A stretch of DNA of 64,000 nucleotides from assembly GCA_002633005.1 (NCBI GenBank), contig NMRA01000208.1, forward strand, positions 228,439 through 292,438, given 5' to 3'. Shown here one piece after another: positions 56,201 through 63,549 of this stretch (its first letter is position 1; the number at the start of each line of letters is the position of its first letter). The position numbers and the translations under genes are program-made. The notes beneath the pieces were generated by a model. That model had not been told where the DNA came from. It did not search any database and was given only the letters and a program-made list of their open reading frames with translations. Source of the DNA: Phoronis australis. Taxonomy: Eukaryota; Animalia; Phoronida.

Positions 56201-59200
56201 ACTCCAAGATGACCAGAGCGTTGGACTGTTGGACAACAGAGGGCGCATGCAGCTGAAGAAGCACCATGCTGGTGACCATCTCTGGCAAGAGGACACCTAT
56301 TGGACAAAGGAAACAGTGCTTCACATTCACGTGGTTACAGAAACATCTTGAATTCCTTTGGAAATGAAATCAGCAACAGCGCTCAAGATGATTCTGAAAG
56401 TCCATGGCAAGGTATACAATGCTAAGACTGTTCACTGGGGAATAAAAACTAAAATGCAATGACACGTCTGCCCAGTTTGCTTCTTGCAAACTTACCAGCT
56501 ATGTCCACGTGAATGACTTTCGCCACCAGACAGAAGTGCGTGTGACTGTAAGCTGCTAGACTTGCCGCCAGGGGGAGACTGTCACCGATGTGTGAACAAA
56601 GGAGCGTCAGGTACTTCTTGAGCAGAGAGCCAGCACCAAGCAGCTCACAGTCTGAAAAATACAATTCAATAGTTAAAAAAATAGATAACTGTCATTTAGT
56701 AACATGCCACATATGTGAAACATCAACAGTTTCACAACTGAAGGCTGAATAATTCTAATCAGCCTATTCTGGTCCCAAAAAATCAATTTACCCGATTTCA
56801 ACAGCAGAATATGGAGACTGAACAAATAAATCACTAAAGGTCAATCATGTTGTCGAAGCCTAAACCAGTAACATCTTCCATGAGACCAAACACAATACTG
56901 TACTACCAAATATCTGTATGTCAGTATGTTCTAAAGAACAAATCCATTCAGTACACACGACAATGCAGCAAGGAACTGCTACTTCACTAAACTCAAGTCA
57001 ACAATATTCCTCACTGTACAAGACTAATTTTAGCAGAAATATTTGTACACAAAATCACTTCACATCAGGCTGATAAGAACTTCTCTTATCTTTGGAGTCA
57101 AACTTTAATGTTTTGTAGGACCTTGGAAAAATTACCAAATTTGGTTTACTTTGAAACATCGCATTTAAGAAATGCCTATTGCTGTCGAATTCAAATAAAA
57201 CTTTCAGATTGACGCTTTACGCACCGTTCTCCAAATTCCATTTGGAATCATTTTTAAAATGTCCCACTTCAACAAGAGGACCTATCAAAAAACAACATTT
57301 CTTATCAGAATTTTCATAAAAAATCGCAAACTGGTTGAATAAAAATGAAAATGAAAGGATTAAGCAATTGCTTTTGATACTTCATCTTGAACATTTAGAT
57401 CAAATGACATTTGGTCAATGTAATTGATGCCGCCTCTTTGCTATGAATGTACCTCTCTTTTTGGTAAATTTTACTAAAAAGCCATGGTCACATGTGAGCC
57501 AATCAATGGCAGATTGTCATCAAGTAAAAATATTAAACTCTACAGGTTTTTGCTGTCATAAAATATATACTTATATTTGTCTGAATATTACACTGACTGG
57601 TTGATTAGGTAAAACACAACAATTATCTGGGCTTCCAAGCGTGGAATTATATTATTTTTTAGATACAAATTTAAAGCACCGAGCAATGAGTGTGCTGGCT
57701 ATAAACTAACCAATCTCCATGTTTGCAGCTTTCTCTTCATTGTGTGGGAACAACCTGGCAATGAGCAACCGTTGGAACTTGAGTAGCAGCTCAAGAGAGG
57801 CGGAGCACTTTGATAGGTGGAGCTCCTCCACTTTGATTGACGGCTCTCTAGAGATGTCATTGAGTCGAGTAAGGGTCTGAGTTGAGGCGTTTCTGAAATA
57901 AAACATTAGTGTCAAGTGTAAAACAACTGACAATAGTGCAGAATATTAAATTAACAATGAGAGCCTAACAACATGCAGCCAGTATTAGGACGCAAAGACA
58001 AATGTCAACGCAAAATATACTGCTTTGTTGAAGAGAGGCTCAGACATTTTCTGACCCTGAAATAACAGGCTTACTATTGATATCATTCTTTGAACAGCTG
58101 CTTAATACGCAGTTTTTGACTAGCCATCAACCACCAGTTCCTGCGCACGCCATTTTTATTTAACTCTGCATTTCGCCTTGTTTACATGGCTAAAAATGAA
58201 AATTGGATTAGGCCTCATACTCTACAACACACCAACCCACTGATGACTAAAGAAAACACTTCCGGGGTTATTGGAGTTGGCCAACTCCAAAACTTGTGAA
58301 ACTGAATATAGCACATGTATGCATAGCGTGTGGCTTGAGGTGGTAACGGATATGGAATCCTATCATGGCAAGGAGACCAACTCTACAGTAAAGGCCTATG
58401 TAGATTGTCATTTTTAGCAAGCTGAAAAAGGTGAAATGTGGCTTTAAGATCCCTTAATGTCCTCAAATGGCATTGATAACTTCCCCCATCGTGTACCTCA
58501 ATAGTTGCTGCACCAGCTGTAGTAAAGGTATGCTCGTTGTCTCACAGTTGGCCGAGGCCCCAGACTGCAGAACACACTCCTCTGTCTTCACAGCATTAGT
58601 CGCCTCACCAACCTTGTCCAGCTCTTCCCCGTGGTCAGGCTTCTTCTCCTGGGGGAGGGGCAGGGGACGCAATGAAGTACACATTAATCATTGTAACCAT
58701 TGTAATCATTGTAATCATTGAAATCATTGTGAGACTTCAGCTACACTAAAATTTCACCACTTTATGACGCATCATGGCAGACTAGACCCGTGAAATTAGT
58801 TTTTTCATTTTTCTCAGAAAAGACAACTATCACAAAATAAAGGAATTATCTATCTAAGTTATCATCCCACAATGAGTTGAGCAACATTCACAACAAGGCT
58901 ACAGGTCTTACGAAAAAGGGATGATTTTGGCAATTCTTTTTGCTCAAAACTGGTTCCCTATTGCAGAACATGCCAGACTTTGTTTAACCCCAGAATAAGT
59001 TCAACGCCTGCGTACAACTCCGTCGTCACTAAATCATAATCAAAAACAAAACTGATAACACATGAATAGGATCAATGGTTGTCCAAAAACAGGAAGGTTG
59101 CAAGCATGTCCACTGTATACAATTAATTCATGTGGGGCATCACAATATGAGGTTTGATTGTACATTTCAAATATATTACTAGGCGCTGTCACACCAAAAA

Positions 59201-62200
59201 TAATTCAAGAAACAAAACAACATTTTCCCGTACGCTAACATTCTTCTTTAGTTGGTTGTAAAATTTTCGACATTCTGGCTTTAAAAATGTTATAATACGT
59301 GTATGTATAAAACTATGCAATCTCACTACATGTTCATGTTACTGTTTTCTTAGTCATAGTTACAGTTATACTTATGATGACTATTTGGACATCTTACAGT
59401 GAGTTCTACAATCAGAAATGAGTGACTTCAAACAATAGATCTTACAGTCATCTCACCATGAAGAATACTGACCTTGTTTTCCTCAATCTCAGATGCCTCA
59501 GCCTTAATAGCTGCCTGTAGTGCAGACTCAAGCCCACCATCGGCCATTAGACTACTAACAAGAAGGTCGGTCATGAACCGCTGACCAGCACTGAGTGTTG
59601 CAAGGTCACGGCTCGCTGAAAAGAGCAACAGCGACAATGGAGACAAATTAAAAATTTCTCATGGTTTCAGGTAAGGCAGGAGAGAAATAAGGTGTTCTGG
59701 CATTTCTTTAACTGTTCACAAAAACGTCTTTGAGTAAGAATGTCTAATAAATCCACCGTTTATATTTTTTGTTTTTGATACAATTAAATGACATTGAGTG
59801 ACGAATGACATGCAAAAATGCTAATCACTTAAACAATGAAACAATGTGTTTGATAACTGTTTGCACTCTAGTCTCAGAGGCTGTTATTCTAAAGATGAGA
59901 GAATATTCTACATTTTACTAAATATCTTAAATCTGTAGGTTACACTGACCCCCAACAGGCAGCAGTGAAGACAGAGCTTGGGCCCTCTCCTCCGCAGTGG
60001 GCAGCAGAAGACTCCAACCATTCTGGAGTGCCACCTGAGCAGCACGCTGAACCGTCTCTATGACGCCGTTGTTGGTTGCCAAGGTAACCACTTGTTGTTT
60101 GAGGCTTAGTATGAGCGGACTGCTTTGACCGAGGCCAAGTTTGGCAGGATCCTCGTTGTTGTATATTGCAGAGTAAAGCTATAAAACAATGTAAGAATAA
60201 GAATTTAGTTCAAGCAAGATTTCATAAATGTGACACACATCCAGACTTTCCATAACTGATCACTCCAGGCAAAAATCAAACACCTTTGTTCCGAAAATTT
60301 AATTAATCAATATTTCAACAAAGCTTACTGTGATTTACTATTAACTTATTAGTGTAGACATGTATTCAGCAATTTATCTAGTACAACATTTCTACACAAA
60401 AGTATGACATACCATTAGTGAATTTATCATTATTTAACCTTTTATACTTCTGTCTAACAATGAAAAAACTAGATCCTGAAGGTGAATCATTTCATCAAGG
60501 TATTAGGTAACACAACATGATAAGGGAATTGAGACACAAAATGAAACAAAAACCAACAAATTTTCGCACGCATGGCTTAAACTGATTTGATTTGAAGCAA
60601 CAAGAAATCTATCTAAGTTTTGTGTGACATCACCTGTAGACTAAGTAGGTTCAATGTAGCTACAGCTATGCACTCTTTTTCCTGCGGAGGCGGCCATTCA
60701 CTCCTGCCATCCATATCACTGCATGTCTGACCTAAGACCTCATCCAACAGTTCAAAGGTCGTCTTGTTCAGGTCAACAACAAAGGGTATGCGTGCGCCTA
60801 CAGACCACTGACTGCTGGATGACCAGACAAAGCACTGAAAATAAAACAATCCAATACAGGTTAAATATGAGCAACTATAGTAAGTCTCATCAAACCAAAT
60901 CTTTCAACAATAACACAATCACAAAGTCAAGCTCAAATCATTTTTTCCTGCTTTTAATTTCTTGAAAACACAGAACATTTCACCAATCAAATAACAAAGA
61001 TGCTTCTGTGGGACAAATAGATAAACTTTTATTAAGCAGGGCTTGGAATGACCAATGGCAAAAAACGCGGAAACTTTTACGGCCCAAATCATGCCCGATA
61101 ACCAGCCTTTGAAATGTTCAATGTGAACCTTTCCGCGACAAAAAAAAATGTTACCACCATCAGTAGCATGCGTCTGCGTCCTTTTCCATCGCCCATGCAC
61201 TCCCAACCCACACAAATTTGGCTGCAGAGCGGTAGTATTTGTCACCGCACTTAACAATAACACGAGCCGCCATTGAAAATCACACCACGCTTTACCCAGA
61301 TGCCCCGGCAATGTTGACAATTTACGTTCCTCCGAAACATAAAGACTTCCTCTTTCCGAGGTGAACGTCGTCTGCAAAGCCGCGGTAAGAAAGGAATTTG
61401 CCGCGGAAATTTCGTATCAAATCCGATTTTTTTACGCGGAAATATTATAAAAAAAGCGGAAAGCACATTTCAAAAAAGCGGAAATCCGCGTTTCCACGGA
61501 AAATTCCAAGCCCTGATTAAGGCAAAATTATTTCAGTTACGGAGTCTTGGAAATAACAAAGCTGTCACAGAAGTGTGAAAGTTCCTTGGGTAGAACAAAG
61601 CCTGCCACAAAATGTTAAACTTGGAAATAACAAAGCTTGTCACAAAAATGTGAAGGTCTTGAGGAATAAGAAAAGTTTGTCACAAAAATCTGAATGTTTT
61701 ACAAAGTTTAATGATTTAAGAGAATGAAAATTTTTGCAATGAAAACATTTCCATAACACAAAATACCATCAATTAACATTATTTACTAAAGGACAACTAA
61801 CTAAAAACCATGTGCATGACCAAAACACTAATGGTTGCATACATTATTGTTTTAGGATATTTTTCTCTATAATCCTGATAACTTCAATTCTTGAATGTCT
61901 GAGAATTGTCAATTCATCAACAGTTCAACGCAAGAGGTTTCAAAAATCTGCCCTCCCAACCTGTGAAGGCCCACAAGTATCAAGACTCTGCCCTCCCTAC
62001 CTGTGAAGGCCCACAAGCCACGCCTATGATGTTCTTGCCTTCCAGAGTTGAGACCAGTGTGGGAACAGCATAGGCAGTCTCAGCCTTGTGAGCTTGTTCA
62101 ATCTTACCCCAGATGTACACCTGTCAACACACAGTAGTGGCACAATGTACATTTTACTTGAATGTCTTCCTAAAACCACTTTGAGGTGGTAATGTGGCAA

Positions 62201-63549
62201 GGTCATTCTAAAATCTGTAAACGTCAACCTCTAGACGACTTACACTGGCACATTTCGGTCAAAACAGGCCGGACCAAAAGAAAGATCAAGAAAGCCATGC
62301 GAATGAAACTACAAAGCAAGCTATAAGTACACCAAATTCCCCTTGGATGACCCCGTGGTATGGTGGTTAGAGTACTGCACTGTCAATCTAAAGATGCATG
62401 GTTCAAACCCAGCTTCTGCCAAGAAAAACAGGAAACAATTGCTCATCACTAACCACCATGAGTGTAGCATACATCCAAGCTTATTCTCGTAAGAATACTG
62501 TAACACCCAAAGAAGGCTGCAGATATGACTGACCAACAAGTCGTGTTTATGTAAAGACTGGTGTAAATTGACCTAAAAATTTTTTTAAATGATATTATGT
62601 TTTACTTGCTTTGTACAAACATCAATGGAACATTTCTCAACTAATCACAATTTGCTATCAATTTCAACAGAAACAACTAATCATCAAAGCTATATACAAT
62701 CCAAAATGGACTTCCATTACTTGCAATAATTCAAAATGGACATCCAAACATACTTGTAATAATGACAGAAATAGTCAGACAGAGCATACCATCATGACAA
62801 CTCTAAACAAGTGACATGGCAATAATAGCCTTACCTCGCCATCATCCGTAACAGCCAAACAGTGCATTGAGCCCACAGATACATCGACCACTTTCTTACC
62901 AACCAGGGCTTCTATCTCTTTAGGATGACGTACATGTGCTTCGGAGCCATGACCATGACGGTTGTTATCTCCCTTGCCCCTGAACATATAATATCGACAG
63001 TTACAGAGGACCTAATCCATCAGTGAACATAGACATAAAAATACTATTTGGCCATCCTTAAAATATTTTTGTTTTCCCTTAACCTACCGTTGTACAAATC
63101 ATATTTTGTACTTTAATTACAAGGATTCAAAAAGAATATTTATTTGACATATTGCAAATTGAAAAACAAGACTCACAACTTACATAAAATGGTCAGCCAA
63201 GGGGGAAACAAACTTCATTCAACTTAGACTTTAACTCGTTACAAACCCTTTATAAGATCTACACACAGGTAACAACTCCACAGAATGATAAAAGTCTACT
63301 TTGTGTTGAAAGCTTCAACAATTAATACCGTGTTCAAATTTGAACTCTGACCCCTGTTACATGAATGAGTGACTAACCATGAGTAGAGCTGGCCAGTCTT
63401 GGTTAGTGCCAGGCTGAACTGAGCCCCACAGAACACCTTGGCCACATCATGTCCTTGTAGCTTGTCTACCAACTTGGGAGACTTACAGCCATCACTACCA
63501 CCACGGCCAAGTTTGCCATAGTCACCGTCCCCCCATGAGAAGACTGCAC
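8076..63549 (-). CDS. HERC2: HERC2 E3 ubiquitin ligase, partial multi-exon gene (54 traced coding exons; both ends outside the window)
   Basis: Domain order RLD1, cyt-b5, MIB/HERC2, UBA-like, CPH, ZZ, DOC, RLD2, RLD3 is diagnostic of HERC2. Exons have GT-AG boundaries and consecutive phases are compatible. Confidence 0.97.
8811..11216 (-). CDS. Nested intronless gene, 801 aa, NHL-repeat/beta-propeller-like protein with a large helical plus acidic insertion
   Basis: 2.4-kb uninterrupted ORF. NHL-like blades: [71 protein letters not shown] on the minus strand at 8680-8685. Confidence 0.8.
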   Translation of the reverse strand: MSVSAQNAGEGSDNSFIKYTDSVSLLIDSDEADIAGGDFFSKDFSCKSPQNPNGEKTGGECEPKLAGTFSPSTFQFPTQNTDSSQQASLLTEIQNSSLIAGHQAEIVLLFASDVDFSANVIDCKKRTLESRLDKVTSRIYVLTFRPQSFGSVAAAFTMSEGTAYICRWNVLPNFPVRKSSEKCREDSLLFMSAARDSSGCLYLSNPKDCTINKYTPDGQLGCKLAVANDCAPLCLSVTEDEEPEIAVVTSTSMRWSLYAAMLSCKDWDWDNIEWDKIEECMQELMKKLNVSSVEEILNCEPNDDMDASDITHLRILLRVAEVMGNKIPSVSHFGETSEQDAAMIKSCIAFHEKFSFHYASSKNCCIWKGCFDKDRYTKGDVHVSQLDLATLGDYTVNDVLFSSIDPGEGMLSEVGYFQDNDALRTSTPIKDSAADSFNLASPSCDDSSSGSAGGSAETDVSSNVQSTSSSSSENSDDKYVSAGSESGEITSRACNKTEDDASLERNAEEILGLMLQEDISFEGSEHNGYKKTANKSANANTSGNGGEADDEDESGSSADGDVSCDGDYCSVSSGRHNNQQSAGQDLTTKTEVDSADDLTNDSVGGVFGSSDRSTDGVDDEYSEIVGERIQILTANGKLIEELVHNDAIFYCVMNKEQLFWTGHDSAFLYDRASQIKRKITLRTPDGVVAPNGICFGFDGDIIVSDDTSPNVMIFDGAFKFKRKLACDDFVSCVAFDGDDRIFCLCSGVIKVFSYNGVYLYDIACIDEEGRPFECGLSFTIMTDKEILLPAVPSGLFVYKYV
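11302..11326. promoter_or_regulatory. CRE (TGACGTCA) and palindromic E2F-type site (TTTGGCGCCAAA) about 90-110 bp upstream of the nested ORF
   Basis: Exact motifs at 11302-11309 and 11315-11326. Confidence 0.5.
11450..12553 (+). mobile_element. Possible Kolobok-like element with a direct repeat and a truncated acidic ORF
   Basis: ~250-bp direct repeat (11636-11882 and 12305-12553), both ending GGCACTTTAA; ORF start at 12087; single N at 12304. Confidence 0.35.
14212..14483 (-). CDS. HERC2: HERC2 exon (VLVALASDL...[10 protein letters not shown]...[12 protein letters not shown])
   Basis: Strongly conserved motifs. Confidence 0.95.
14798..14923 (-). CDS. HERC2: HERC2 exon ([33 protein letters not shown])
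   Basis: Manual translation; conserved motif. Confidence 0.92.
15915..16054 (-). CDS. HERC2: HERC2 exon ([12 protein letters not shown])
   Basis: Conserved motif; splice sites. Confidence 0.9.
16118..16342. mobile_element. Degenerate MITE
   Basis: Imperfect terminal inverted repeats (CTGGGTCGTATTTCCTAAGA / TCTTGGATAGCACCCCTG) and internal inverted TTTTGACTGAAGT / ACTTCAGTCAAAA. Confidence 0.5.
16749..17039 (-). CDS. HERC2: HERC2 exon (GREWSDWS...[19 protein letters not shown])
   Basis: Strongly conserved motifs. Confidence 0.95.
17429..17882 (-). CDS. HERC2: HERC2 exon (LVDLLKLAV...[11 protein letters not shown]...[14 protein letters not shown])
   Basis: Strongly conserved motifs. Confidence 0.95.
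19025..19165 (-). CDS. HERC2: HERC2 exon, linker (QQVIPM...[13 protein letters not shown])
   Basis: Open frame, phase 0-0, AG/GTGAG sites. Confidence 0.75.
19451..19661 (-). CDS. HERC2: HERC2 exon (DAVVGSL plus Ser/Thr linker)
   Basis: Continues YARDAVVG motif; GTAAGG donor keeps the phase. Confidence 0.8.
19823..19994 (-). CDS. HERC2: HERC2 exon ([11 protein letters not shown]...[12 protein letters not shown])
   Basis: Conserved motif; splice sites. Confidence 0.92.
20382..20607 (-). CDS. HERC2: HERC2 exon, end of RLD2 ([15 protein letters not shown]...[14 protein letters not shown])
   Basis: Manual translation; RCC1 repeat. Confidence 0.93.
21800..21848. repeat. (CT)n-rich microsatellite
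   Basis: Visible directly. Confidence 0.85.
22130..22274 (-). CDS. HERC2: HERC2 exon, RLD2 ([11 protein letters not shown]...VGALHCLAV)
   Basis: Manual translation; RCC1 repeat. Confidence 0.93.
22671..22924 (-). CDS. HERC2: HERC2 exon, RLD2 (ACGSRDAQT...[16 protein letters not shown])
   Basis: RCC1 repeats. Confidence 0.95.
23524..23701 (-). CDS. HERC2: HERC2 exon, RLD2 ([10 protein letters not shown]...[13 protein letters not shown])
   Basis: RCC1 repeat. Confidence 0.94.
24114..24348 (-). CDS. HERC2: HERC2 exon, RLD2 ([16 protein letters not shown]...[11 protein letters not shown])
   Basis: RCC1 repeats. Confidence 0.95.
24672..24753 (-). CDS. HERC2: HERC2 exon, RLD2 (IKTPM...[11 protein letters not shown])
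   Basis: Manual translation; RCC1 repeat. Confidence 0.9.
25741..26034 (-). CDS. HERC2: HERC2 exon, end of DOC to start of RLD2 (GIDCKVHGL...[14 protein letters not shown])
   Basis: Conserved motifs; splice sites. Confidence 0.94.
26471..26668 (-). CDS. HERC2: HERC2 exon, DOC domain (HWIRIEM...DSSYMPS)
   Basis: DOC signature. Confidence 0.93.
27587..27780 (-). CDS. HERC2: HERC2 exon, start of DOC/APC10 domain ([14 protein letters not shown]...[10 protein letters not shown])
   Basis: DOC signature YWQS. Confidence 0.93.
28102..28238 (-). CDS. HERC2: HERC2 exon, ZZ zinc finger
   Basis: C-x2-C...[16 protein letters not shown]...H-x3-H. Confidence 0.95.
28657..28735. mobile_element. ~80-bp palindromic mini-MITE family (other copies ~16553-16630, ~27974-28050, partial ~25100-25140)
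   Basis: GAGAACCAGTTT...AAACTGGTTCTC hairpin with CAGG...CCTG ends, in at least 3 copies. Confidence 0.65.
29161..29383 (-). CDS. HERC2: HERC2 exon ([25 protein letters not shown]...[12 protein letters not shown]...HPGV)
   Basis: Manual translation; conserved SH3-like repeat preceding ZZ. Confidence 0.93.
30535..30564 (-). CDS. HERC2: Candidate 30-nt alternative HERC2 microexon ([10 protein letters not shown])
   Basis: TTTTAG acceptor, GTAAGT donor, symmetric phase 1-1, no stop codon. Confidence 0.5.
31593..31710 (-). CDS. HERC2: HERC2 exon, CPH domain part 2 ([28 protein letters not shown])
   Basis: Manual translation; CPH signature. Confidence 0.93.
32257..32412 (-). CDS. HERC2: HERC2 exon, CPH domain part 1 ([30 protein letters not shown])
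   Basis: CPH signature. Confidence 0.94.
33023..33201 (-). CDS. HERC2: HERC2 exon (LVGWLIEN plus acidic linker)
   Basis: Conserved LVGWL; splice sites. Confidence 0.88.
33924..34182 (-). CDS. HERC2: HERC2 exon, UBA-like region ([21 protein letters not shown])
   Basis: MGF UBA motif; splice sites. Confidence 0.92.
35010..35135. repeat. 16-bp minisatellite (AAGGCACACTGTCATA), ~8 copies
   Basis: Visible directly. Confidence 0.95.
35239..35396 (-). CDS. HERC2: HERC2 exon ([25 protein letters not shown])
   Basis: Conserved [11 protein letters not shown] motif. Confidence 0.9.
35924..36070 (-). CDS. HERC2: HERC2 exon ([27 protein letters not shown])
   Basis: Conserved motif; splice sites. Confidence 0.88.
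36650..36791 (-). CDS. HERC2: HERC2 exon ([24 protein letters not shown])
   Basis: Manual translation; phase fits neighbours. Confidence 0.85.
37270..37641. repeat. 36-bp minisatellite, ~10 copies, abutting and containing a HERC2 donor site
   Basis: AAACCTAAGCCAGTTCCTAAACACTTACATGTTAGC units. Confidence 0.92.
37642..37896 (-). CDS. HERC2: HERC2 exon ([18 protein letters not shown]...)
   Basis: Conserved motif; splice sites. Confidence 0.9.
38239..38441 (-). CDS. HERC2: HERC2 exon ([23 protein letters not shown])
   Basis: Conserved motif; splice sites. Confidence 0.9.
38723..39174. mobile_element. Foldback MITE, ~450-bp near-perfect palindrome
   Basis: ~215-bp inverted arms CAAGGTACCTA...TAGGTACCTTG; AAATA on both flanks. 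Confidence 0.85.
39284..39434 (-). CDS. HERC2: HERC2 exon ([15 protein letters not shown]...CKSDPTL)
   Basis: Manual translation; conserved VLPSWD motif. Confidence 0.87.
39563..40050. repeat. 32-bp minisatellite (GTACCTTTAGTATAGTTTGTAAGCCATTTAAT), ~15 near-identical copies
   Basis: Visible directly. Confidence 0.97.
40420..40604 (-). CDS. HERC2: HERC2 exon ([17 protein letters not shown]...[11 protein letters not shown])
   Basis: Conserved motif; splice sites. Confidence 0.9.
40870..41055 (-). CDS. HERC2: HERC2 exon (HPTALL...[13 protein letters not shown])
   Basis: Conserved motif; splice sites. Confidence 0.88.
41595..41784 (-). CDS. HERC2: HERC2 exon, MIB/HERC2 domain (DGPPP...[21 protein letters not shown])
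   Basis: Manual translation; domain signature. Confidence 0.93.
41880..42800. mobile_element. Older degenerate copy of the HINE-like array
   Basis: AAATTGCCACTAGG and AAATTTCATG subunits shared with 5371-7358. Confidence 0.5.
42899..43071 (-). CDS. HERC2: HERC2 exon, start of MIB/HERC2 domain ([25 protein letters not shown])
   Basis: Manual translation; RVVRG.DWKWGDQ signature. Confidence 0.93.
43777..43924 (-). CDS. HERC2: HERC2 exon (LPQARF...[17 protein letters not shown])
   Basis: Conserved motif; splice sites. Confidence 0.9.
44237..44423 (-). CDS. HERC2: HERC2 exon ([16 protein letters not shown]...)
   Basis: Conserved LIPP motif; splice sites. Confidence 0.88.
45479..46320. mobile_element. 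Diverged copy of the HINE-like family
   Basis: Same 5' end (ACAAGAGCAACA..GAGCGTTGAAATGCACCCA) and CCACTAG repeats. Confidence 0.65.
46367..46680 (-). CDS. HERC2: HERC2 exon (...[19 protein letters not shown]...)
   Basis: Conserved motif; splice sites. Confidence 0.9.
46936..47126 (-). CDS. HERC2: HERC2 exon, acidic linker
   Basis: Open frame; AG/GT sites; phase fits both neighbours. Confidence 0.75.
47801..47999 (-). CDS. HERC2: HERC2 exon ([20 protein letters not shown]...)
   Basis: Manual translation; conserved [10 protein letters not shown] motif. Confidence 0.9.
48240..48405 (-). CDS. HERC2: HERC2 exon ([12 protein letters not shown]...[11 protein letters not shown])
   Basis: Conserved motif; splice sites. 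Confidence 0.9.
48331..50160. repeat. ~830-bp direct duplication (48331-49158 vs 49332-50160) including part of a HERC2 exon; likely uncollapsed haplotypes
   Basis: Second copy begins immediately after the single N at 49331. Confidence 0.8.
50188..50484 (-). CDS. Small nested helical/coiled-coil protein, 98 aa, copy A
   Basis: Intact ORF with a closely similar paralog at 52016; TATA-like motif near 50580. Confidence 0.65.
   Translation of the reverse strand: MVNMEKFNLHARLYQEQQKYLRCYKQIKVIDREVKDTTVRLERALKANHTMRASQLYNRYSVTIGIKKMYEEYAERKAVEVFQLRRDAFGYTEHLNYE
52016..52303 (+). CDS. Small nested helical/coiled-coil protein, 95 aa, copy B (inverted paralog)
   Basis: Intact ORF; same frame and stop as copy A, while the flanks show indels. 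Confidence 0.65.
   Translation: MEKNYHHVRLYQGQQKYLRCCKQKKVIDREVKDTTVRLERALKANHTVQANHLYNRYSVTIGIKKMYEKYAERKAVEVFQLRRDAFGYSEHLNYE
52656..52874. mobile_element. Small MITE
   Basis: Inverted AAGTTACCCTAGAACAAGTT / AACTTGTTCTAGGGTGACTT. Confidence 0.6.
53347..53587 (-). CDS. HERC2: HERC2 exon (...[12 protein letters not shown])
   Basis: Conserved FPP.HP.EEVGR motif. Confidence 0.92.
54432..54696 (-). CDS. HERC2: HERC2 exon ([19 protein letters not shown]...[12 protein letters not shown])
   Basis: Conserved motif; three tandem donors, the first is used here. Confidence 0.88.
55193..55284 (-). CDS. HERC2: HERC2 exon, cytochrome b5-like domain part 2 ([14 protein letters not shown]...VGQY)
   Basis: Manual translation; cyt-b5 motif. 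Confidence 0.9.
55594..55776 (-). CDS. HERC2: HERC2 exon, cytochrome b5-like domain part 1 ([21 protein letters not shown])
   Basis: Cyt-b5 W-x-x-I-x-x-KVYD motif. Confidence 0.93.
56111..56296 (-). CDS. HERC2: HERC2 exon (VLLPE...[10 protein letters not shown]...LAWPG)
   Basis: Conserved motif; splice sites. Confidence 0.9.
56496..56651 (-). CDS. HERC2: HERC2 exon ([12 protein letters not shown]...)
   Basis: Conserved motif; splice sites. Confidence 0.9.
57711..57892 (-). CDS. HERC2: HERC2 exon (NASTQTL...[14 protein letters not shown])
   Basis: Conserved motif; splice sites. Confidence 0.9.
58497..58648 (-). CDS. HERC2: HERC2 exon (...[13 protein letters not shown])
   Basis: Conserved [11 protein letters not shown]; splice sites. 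Confidence 0.88.
59473..59615 (-). CDS. HERC2: HERC2 exon ([23 protein letters not shown])
   Basis: Conserved motif; splice sites. Confidence 0.92.
59950..60178 (-). CDS. HERC2: HERC2 exon (...[20 protein letters not shown])
   Basis: Manual translation; conserved LLPTAEERA motif. Confidence 0.9.
60634..60834 (-). CDS. HERC2: HERC2 exon (CFVWSS...[21 protein letters not shown])
   Basis: Conserved HERC2 WPPPQEKEC motif. Confidence 0.92.
61037..61515. mobile_element. MITE with 13-bp TIR CAGGGCTTGGAAT and flanking ATTAAG duplication
   Basis: Perfect TIRs; direct repeat on both flanks; internal (C)GCGGAAA motifs. Confidence 0.8.
62001..62120 (-). CDS. HERC2: HERC2 exon, end of RLD1 (VYIWGK...[10 protein letters not shown])
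   Basis: Manual translation; RCC1-like; phase 0-0. Confidence 0.88.
62350..62580 (+). mobile_element. tRNA-derived SINE-like element
   Basis: A-box-like TGGTATGGTGG and B-box GGTTCAAACCC; tRNA-like head ending CCA; stems do not pair well. Confidence 0.5.
62835..62979 (-). CDS. HERC2: HERC2 exon, RLD1 ([20 protein letters not shown]...)
   Basis: RCC1 repeat; AG/GTAAG boundaries. Confidence 0.93.
63378..63549 (-). CDS. HERC2: HERC2 exon, RLD1 ([21 protein letters not shown]...)
   Basis: RCC1 repeat; AG/GT boundaries. Confidence 0.93.

Noticed and set aside
62350-62420. tRNA gene
   Set aside because: A and B boxes are present but acceptor and anticodon stems do not pair; SINE-like. A weaker similar fragment lies at ~38105-38170
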